Below, in pieces: positions 57,006 to 64,000 of a stretch of DNA of 64,000 nt (its first letter is position 1; each line of letters begins with the position of its first letter). Source of the stretch: Scenedesmus sp. PABB004 (Eukaryota); assembly GCA_014905635.1 (NCBI GenBank), contig CM026548.1, forward strand, positions 868,001-932,000, in the 5' to 3' direction. A program made the position numbers and the translations under genes. The notes below the pieces were generated by a model. The model was not told the origin of the DNA and made no database searches. It saw nothing but the letters and a program-made list of their open reading frames with translations.

Positions 57006-58936
57006 CTAGGTGCCCAGCACAGCCCAGCAAGCGCCCACCGCCATATGGTACAAGGCACCCGCCTCAGCTGGCCGCCGCGCTGGTGGCGGTGGCGTCGCCG
57101 CCGCGGCGGCGCCGCCGGCGCCTAAGCTGCCGCCCGCAGCGCTCGACGCCGCGTCGCCCCCGCCTCGGGCAGCGCCGGCCGCTGCGCCGCTGCTGCTGCT
57201 GCTCACGCCCGGCGCCGGCGCGCCGCTGGCGGGCGCCGGCGCCGCGCCCGCGCCCGCGCCCGGGCCGGCAGCGCCCGCCGCGGGCGCCACGTGGTCGCCG
57301 AGCGCGGTGCCCGGGCGGCTGCCGAGCGGCGTCGGCGCGGCCGTGCTGGTCGGGCTGAGCACGCCCTGCCCGCCGGTGAGGTCCGAGAGGTGCCGGAAGC
57401 GCCTGAAGTCGCTGCGGAAGATGCGGCCGCACCCGAGCAGCTGCTCCGGAAGCTCCTCGAGGCCGTTGCCCTGCGCCGCGGCGGCGGGCGGCGGGCGCGC
57501 GTCGGCGGGCCGCGCGCCGCCGCCCGCCGCCGCCGCCGGCGGCCACCACTGCCCACCGCCGCCCGCCGCCGCTCCCCGGCCGCCGCCGCCGCCTGCCCGC
57601 CGCCGCCCGCTGGCGCCCGCCGCCGCTGCCGCCTGCCCGCCGCGCCGCGCCGCGCCGCGGGCGCGCCTGTATGACAAACGCGTTGTCCCACACGACCGTG
57701 GGCAGGCGGTCGTGGTAGCTCCAGAGCGCCTTGCGCGCGAGGAAGGCGTACGCGTGGACGTCGAGGTCGACCTCCAGGTAGTTGGGGCCGACATAAAACA
57801 TCTGGCGGCGGCGGCGGCGGCGGACGCCAGGGTTCAGGGTTGAGGGTTCACGGCCCGGGGCGGGCGGGCGGGTTAACGGCGTTTTGCCGGGGCGGCGGCC
57901 CCACGCGGTTGGCCGCAGGCGCCGCCTGCGCAGGGCGCTCCGCGTTTGCGATCGCCGTGCAGCAGCACGGCGCTGCTCCAGAGCGCCCTGCGCGGCGCGG
58001 CGCGGGCCGGCGGCGGCGCGGGCCGCCGCGCGCGCCTGCTGCGGGCGCGTGAGCACGGGCTTCTCGTTGTAGTTGAGCAGCAGCTTGTACTCGGTGCTGC
58101 TCAGCGGCGCCGCGCGCGCCCACTCCTCCAGGTTGGCCACGCTGCGGCGCGGCGCCCAGGGCCGGCGGCGCGTGAGGCGCGGCGCGGGCAGCGGCGAGGC
58201 GGCGGCCGGGCCGGCACCCGCCGCCGCTGCCGCCCAGGGTGCCCCTGCCGCACCGCGGGATCATCTTGAGCCGGTCGCGCGTGGGCGAGCCGTCCGCCTC
58301 GCGCCCGTTGCTCACGAAGCGCTGCAGCAGCCCCAGCGCGGCGGGGTTGTCGCAGCGGTCGGGGTCAAAGTCCTCGCTGCGCGGCGGCGGCGGCGGCGGC
58401 GGTCAGTGGCGGCGGCGCCAGCGTTTCGCCCGTCAGCCCTGCTGCGGCGCGCAGCTCATGGCCCGCGCGCGCGCACTGCCGCCGCCCGGGGCGGCCCCTG
58501 GCGCCGCACGCACGCACACACGCGCGCATGCGCGCCCACCTGAGTGCAAAGTAGTACACGATGCTCTGCCCCGGGCCGTCGTTGGCGCCCCAGAACGCGG
58601 CGGGGTAGTCTGGGAGCTGCACGTTCATCACCAGCAGTGGCGGCAGCACGACCTCCGGCCCGCCGCCCACGGGGCTGCGGCACACGACGGGCGGGCCTGC
58701 CGCGCGCGGCGCGCGGCGAAAGTTGGGCCCCGCCGCGCCGCCCCGCGCGGCCGCCGGCACGGCCGCCGGCGCCGCACCCGCGGGCGGCAGAGCAAACTGC
58801 TTGGCGACGTGGAAGGCCTTGGCGTCCGTGGCAAAGAGGTCCATCGCGACGAGGCGGTAAAAGGCCTTCCCGCTCGGCTGCTTCACCTTGGTGCGCATGT
58901 AGTCGGCGCTGCGGATCTGCGGCGGGCCGAGAGAGC

Positions 58937-58981
<45 letters not shown>

Positions 58982-60089
58982 CGCGCGTTGCGGCGGGCGC
59001 GGTGCGGCCGGCCGCGCGGGGCGCCGCGGCGGCGGCGGCGTGCCGCCGGGCGCACCTGGAAGTTGCTCGCCTCGCACTCGTCCCAGCAGAGCACTGCGGA
59101 GCCCACGTCCTCGCTCGCGCTGCGCCGCTGCGCGCCGCGGCGGCGCGGCGGCGCAGCGGCGGTGAGCGGCCGCTCCGTGCCGAGGCGCACACGGCGCCGC
59201 GCCGCGCCGCGCCGCGCCGCGCCGCGCCGCACCGCAAACGTGCAGCCCGCGGGCAGGCGCTCGCGGCCGCTGCGGCTGACGTGCAGCCCCGGCGCGTGGT
59301 GGCCGCCGGGCGCGTACGCGGCCTCGCCCGGCGAGCTGGCACGCATGATGGCGAGGCAGCTGACGATGCGCGCGCCAAAGCCCGTGCTGCTCTCGCTCGC
59401 CTCGCTGCCCGACTCGCTGCCGCCCTCGCTCGGGCCGAGCTCCTGGTATGCATCATGCTGGCGGCGGCGGCGGCGGCGGTGCGGGGGCGCGGGCCGTCGC
59501 CGGGCGCAGGCAGAGCGCGCGAGCGCGCCCCGCGTGCTCGGGCCGGGGGCGGCGGCGCCGCGCGCCGCTGCCGCCGCTGCTGGCTCCCCGCCGCACCTCA
59601 AAGCTCGCCGCGCGCGGCGACACCTGCGCCGAGCTAAGCGGCGACTGGTCTGTGGGCGGCGCCCGCGCGGCAGCGGGGCGCGGGTCGGGCGCGGGTCGGG
59701 CGCGGGTCCGGCGCGGAAGCAGCGGCGCAGCGCCGGAATCTGCGCGTGGCGGCGGGGAACCTTGCCGCCGCCGCGCACCCGCCTCGCCGACCGAAAACGC
59801 CTCGCGCGCGTCGTGGTACTCCGAGTCTGCGGCGGCGCGTCGCCGGCGTGGGCGGGCGGGGCCGCGCAGCGCCACGCGCGCCGCGCGCGCCGGCAGCAGC
59901 GGCGGTTGGCAGCGCACCAGACGCGACCGACGCCGCGCGCCCGCCGCCGCCTGGCTCCGCGCGCCCCGCCGCCCCGCGGCCGCCGGGACCCTGCTGCGCG
60001 TGGGCGCCGTGGCGCCGGCGGTGCCGCCTGCTGTGGCGGCGCGGCGGCCGCGGGCGGGCGGGGCCGCAGCAGAAGAGCCGCCGCAGCAT
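57006..60089 (-). CDS. DUF1336 (EDR2 C-terminal domain) protein
   Basis: NFQ|IRSADYMRTKVKQPS, MDLF, VMNVQLP, RLKMIP, KPVL, NYLEVDLDVH, FVIQ|GNGLEELPEQLLGC; N-terminal exons uncertain. Confidence 0.88.
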
Positions 60090-60492
60090 GGTGCGGTCGT
60101 GCCTTACGCCGCCGCGGCGCTGGGGCGCTCCCGGAAGCGGCCCGACATCGGGGTGGCTCTGCGACGGCGCGGGGCTGGGCGACGAGCTGAGCAGCGGCTG
60201 CCGCGCGCTGGAGGCCCGTCCACGTCGCAGCAGCGAGGCGAGCGAGGCGAGCGGCCGGGACAGGCGGCCAGGCATGGACACGGAGAGTACGGATCTGGCA
60301 GCAGGCGCCAGCCGGGCACCGGCACACGCGCGCGTTGGCTTGTCAGAACCGCGAGCGTCGCGGCACGATGCAGCGCCGCCCGGTTTCCTCACGCCCACTT
60401 CCCCACATCTCTGTGCCGCACCGCCACACCTGAGCGCGCTGGCGGGCGGCGCCGTCCGTGGGCTGGCACTCCAGCGCCGTGCTGTCTCCTTT

Positions 60493-61556
60493 ATGGGGGC
60501 TCCCACGGCGACCCTGGGCGCGCTGCTGGCGATCTGCGCCCTCCATGCCGTGGCGGGCGGCCCGGACACCACCTGGGTGAGCCCGCCTCGCCGACGGCGC
60601 GCCGCCGGCGCTGCGGAAGGTTCGGCGCCAACCGCTGCCGCCGCCGCGCAGGTCACGTGCGGCAGCACGATCAAGCTCGCTCACGGCGCCACCGGCGTGC
60701 GCCTGCACTCCCACGAGGTGGCCTACAGCCGCGGCAGCCAGCAGCAGTCGGTCACGGGCTACCCCGAGGCCGACGACGGGCAGAGCTACTGGGTCGTCCA
60801 CGGCCCCGTGGTGAGCGCGGCGGCGGCGCGCGCGCGGCGACCCACGCCGCGCCGGCGGCGACTCACGTGGCCGCCGTCGCGCCGGCCGCCGCCGCGCGCG
60901 TGCAGGATGCGCCGTGCGCGCCCGGGTCGCCGCTGAAGCGGAGCGCGCCCGTGCGGCTGCAGCACGCGCCGACGCGCAAGTGGCTGCACAGCCACCACTT
61001 TTACTCGCCGATCTCGGGCAACCAGGAGGTGCGGCGGCGGCGGCCGCGTGGCCGGCCGCGGGCGCGGCGAGGGGGCGGGGCCGCGCCGTGGCCGCCCGCG
61101 CGGCGGCCGACCGCGCGCGCGTGCGCCGCAGGTCAGCGCGTTTGGCAGCGACACGCAGAGCGACGGCGGCGACGTGTGGCTCGTGGAGTGGGACAGCAAG
61201 TCGAAGCACTGGAAGCAGGACAACAAGGTGCGGCTCAAGCACCGCGACACGGGCATGTTCATGTGCTCGAGCAAGGACTTCCGCTTCGGGCAGCCCATCC
61301 ACGGCCAGCAGGAGGTGCGCCGCGCGCGAGGGCCTCGCAGGGCGCTGCGCGCGCGGCCGCCGCCGCCGCGGCCGGCCGGCCCCCCGCCGCCGCCGAGCCG
61401 CCCGGCCGCGCGGCGCCTCGCGCGCCGCAGATCTACGGCGTCGCGGAGAAGGGCCGTCCCGCGGAGTGGTACGCCGCCGAGGGCGTGTATCTGCCCCGCA
61501 ACGACCGGAAAAAGGCCCGGGCCGCCAAGGGCGAGGCGGCGAAGGAAGAGTTGTGA
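60493..61556 (+). CDS. SDF2: Stromal cell-derived factor 2-like MIR-domain ER protein
   Basis: Signal peptide; VTCGSTIKL, RLHSHEVAY, QQSVTG, WLHSHHFYSPISGNQE|VSAFG; ends KEEL*. Confidence 0.96.
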
Positions 61557-61742
61557 CGAGCGGCGTGATTTCGGCGCGGGGTGGCTGTGACCGGCGAGCC
61601 GTGGCCCACACAACGTCGCACCGGGCTCCCGCTCTCGCACGGCACCGCAGCGCCAGCGCCGACGCCACGCGGCGCCCGCGCGGCGGCCGCGCGACAGCGC
61701 CGCGCTGCTGCAGCGGAGCAGCAGGCGCCGCCCGCCCGCCGC

Positions 61743-63800
61743 ATGCCGGGCGACGCGCGTCGTGCCGTGCCGCCCAACGCAGCGCTGCGCCTGCTGCAGC
61801 GCGAGCTGGTGGCGCACAGGGGCGCGCCGGTGAGCTGCTGGCCGCGAGCTGGCCACGCGCTCGCGCCGCGGCTCGCCCGGGCCCGGCGCAATGCCTGCCA
61901 GCGGCAGGGGAGGCCGCGCGAATGGCGACGCCAGCAATGAGACGTCGCAGACGCCGGCTGCCGCGCTGCGCGCGGCGCGGGGGCAGGCGCCTACACGCGC
62001 GCCGCTGCTGCCGCCGCGCCGCGCCGCGCCGCGCAGGTCCACACCGCCAGGGCGTTCGCCGAGTGCATCCTGCCGACCGACAAGGTGGGGCGCAGCTTGC
62101 TGGCCCAGCAGCGCGCCGCCGCCACGAGCGTTCTCTCGCGCGCGGGCCACATGCTGCCGCCTCCTCTCCGCGCGCAGGTGCTCGAGGTCGAGTCGCCGGA
62201 CGTGCACGTGGGCCGCTTCACGCCCGACGGCACCCACCTGGTGCGCGCTCCCGCGGCCTGCCGCCAGAGCCGCGGAGCAGCTGGTCAGGCGTGCCAGCCG
62301 CGGTCGCCCGGCCGCGGTGGCCCGGCCGTTGGAGCGCCGAGCCGTGGCCGCGCCTCGCCGCGCAGGTGTGCTTCTCGCTGCAGCTACAGAGCCTCGTGCT
62401 CTATGCCTACACCGGCCCCGCGCCCTGCCCGGCGCCGGCGCCCGGCGCGGCGCCCGGCTTTGCGAGCTTCTTTTGCGAGCGCGGCCGCGTGCCGCTCTGC
62501 AGCGGCGGCGAGCAGCTGAGCCGCGACTTCTGCCTCGCGCTGCGGCGGGGCGCGTACCTGCTGCTCGCGTCCAGCGTGCCGAGCCGGCGCGAGGCGGGCG
62601 GCGGCACCGCCGACAACGCCGCGGCGGCGGGCGTCGCGCCCACGGGCGAGCCAGGGCCGGCGCCCGCGCCGCAGCAGGCGGCGGCGGCGGCGGCGGGCGG
62701 CCTGCAGCAGCAGGCTGCGCCCCGACCGCCGGTCAACCCTGGGGCAGCCAGCAGCGACTGGTGCGAGGCGACCACCTTCCACGTGGTGAGGGCTGCGTGG
62801 CGCTGCCGGTCGTGCGCCCCAGCGGCCGAGGTGTCTCATGCCAGCGTGTCGCATGCCCCCCCCCCTCGCAGGTCGACGTGCAGCGCTGCATGAAGGTTGA
62901 GGAGCGCCGCTTCGCGAGCGACTTTTTCGAGCTCGCCGGCAACGGCTGCGCCAGCCTGTTTGACGACATGCTCGCGCTCACCTCGGTGCGCCGCGCGCCG
63001 CGCCGCGCAGCCCGGCTGCGGCGACGCGCGGCGGCGCCTTGCTGACGCCGCCCCGCTCGGCCAACGCGTCCGCTGCAGCTCTACACGCAGACCATCCACC
63101 TGCTGCGAGTGAATGCAGACGGCAGCCTGACCGAGGCGCAGAGCATCGGGCGCTTGACCCAGGCCGACGACCAGCTGCCCATCCAGCTGGCCGCCGAGGC
63201 GGAGGAGCGGTGGCAGCTGGCGCAGGCGCGCGCGCGCATGCGGGCGCACGCTGACAAGATGGCGGCAGTGGGGCAGCAGGTGCTGCAGAACCTGCCGCAG
63301 CTCGCGCAGGCGCAGCAGGCGCAGCAGGCGCAGCAGGCGCAGCAGGCGCAGCAAGCGCAGCAGGCGCAGCAGAGGCCGCCGCCTCCCGCAGCCAGTCGGC
63401 AGCAGCCGCCGCCCCAGGAGCCGGCGCCAGCGCTGCAGGAGCAGCCAGGGCAGCCGGAGCAGCCAGGGCAGCCGGAGCAGCAGCCGGCAGTCGCTCAAGC
63501 GGCGGCGCCGCAGCAGGCGTCGGCGCCACCCGCCAACTCGCTGTGGGCCCAGGTCACGGCGGCCGCGATGGGCGCGGCCGCCGGCGGCCTGGGCAGCGCA
63601 GCGACGGGCCTGGCCCCCGCTGCAGACGCTGCGGCCGCGGCGGCCAGGGCCACCGCCAGGACCCGGGGCAGGGGCGACAGTGCGTCGGACGAGTCTGATG
63701 ACGAGATGGAGCGGCGAGAGCGGCGGCGGCGCGTGCCGGCCGGCCGGCGCCAGCAGGAGCAGCAGGAGCAGCAGGAGCAGGAGCAGCTGCAGCAGCAGTT

Positions 63801-63845
<45 letters not shown>

Positions 63846-64000
63846 GCCGACGGACCTGCAGCAGCGCACGCCGCCGCCTGGCGCGGGGGTGGCGCTGCCG
63901 ATAGGCAGCGCGATTGCAGCTGAGGCCGCCGCCGCCGCGGCCGCGGCCGCGGCGGTGCTCGACCCCGGCGGGCAGCTCATTCAGGGGCTGCGCCAGCGCC
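61743..64000 (+). CDS. DET1: De-etiolated 1 (DET1), 3' end outside window
   Basis: NAALRLLQRE...ARAF...VLEVESPD...RFTPDGTHL|VCFS...LSRDFCL...EATTFHV...FDDMLALTS|LYTQTIHLL...IGR; then a long Gln/Ala-rich insertion. Confidence 0.88.
63302..63843 (+). repeat. Coding microsatellites in DET1: (GCGCAGCAG)n and a poly-CAG tract
   Basis: AQQ repeats about 63304-63372; CAG run about 63802-63843. Confidence 0.85.

Noticed and set aside
37766..61556. Functional cluster of ER proteins (OS-9-like, KDEL sulfotransferase, SDF2)
   Set aside because: Interspersed with unrelated genes; compatible with chance
195..63079. Introner-type mobile introns
   Set aside because: Introns share only short splice signals and low-complexity GCC/GCG runs; no near-identical intron family seen by eye (an all-versus-all alignment would be decisive)
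1..64000. Many long overlapping ORFs in the six-frame track (for example 40175-44044 and 30225-33194)
   Set aside because: Arg/Ala/Pro/Gly-rich translations expected when stop codons are rare at very high GC; real exons switch frames across introns
1..64000. Transposon, viral or prokaryotic defence genes; alternative genetic code
   Set aside because: No transposase, reverse transcriptase, integrase or capsid motifs seen; genes end in standard TGA/TAG with no in-frame stops in conserved exons

Overview
Nuclear DNA of a eukaryotic green alga (chlorophyte, probably Sphaeropleales/Scenedesmus-like; this is an inference from protein types, intron style and a GC content of roughly 80% by eye). The window is gene-dense, with about 26 protein-coding genes on both strands, nearly all split by short introns (mostly about 90-250 nt, GTGCG/GTGAG donors, CTGAC/CTCAC-like branch points, GCAG acceptors). 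Most long ORFs in the supplied track are artefacts of high GC and unspliced introns. Recognisable genes: GT32 glycosyltransferase, RPA3, RIO1, bZIP factor, ARID-HMG protein, cytidine deaminase, BTB-BACK protein, DUF89 phosphatase, complex I B14.5b, CDPK, class V PLP enzyme, OS-9-like lectin, MEKHLA protein, two OPR-like proteins, LSM11, RING protein, TPR-sulfotransferase, LURP-one, DUF1336, SDF2 and DET1. Highlights: (1) a two-hairpin H/ACA snoRNA candidate inside the longest RIO1 intron, whose pocket matches a conserved LSU rRNA pseudouridine site; (2) about 1 in 6 introns use GC donors, all in an AG|GC context; (3) palindromes and inverted GTGAC/TGTGA motifs between convergent genes; (4) very short same-strand gene gaps that are polycistron candidates; (5) three probable single-base deletions, one removing the stop after a KDEL. 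Gene models were spliced by eye, and 5' ends are the least certain part.
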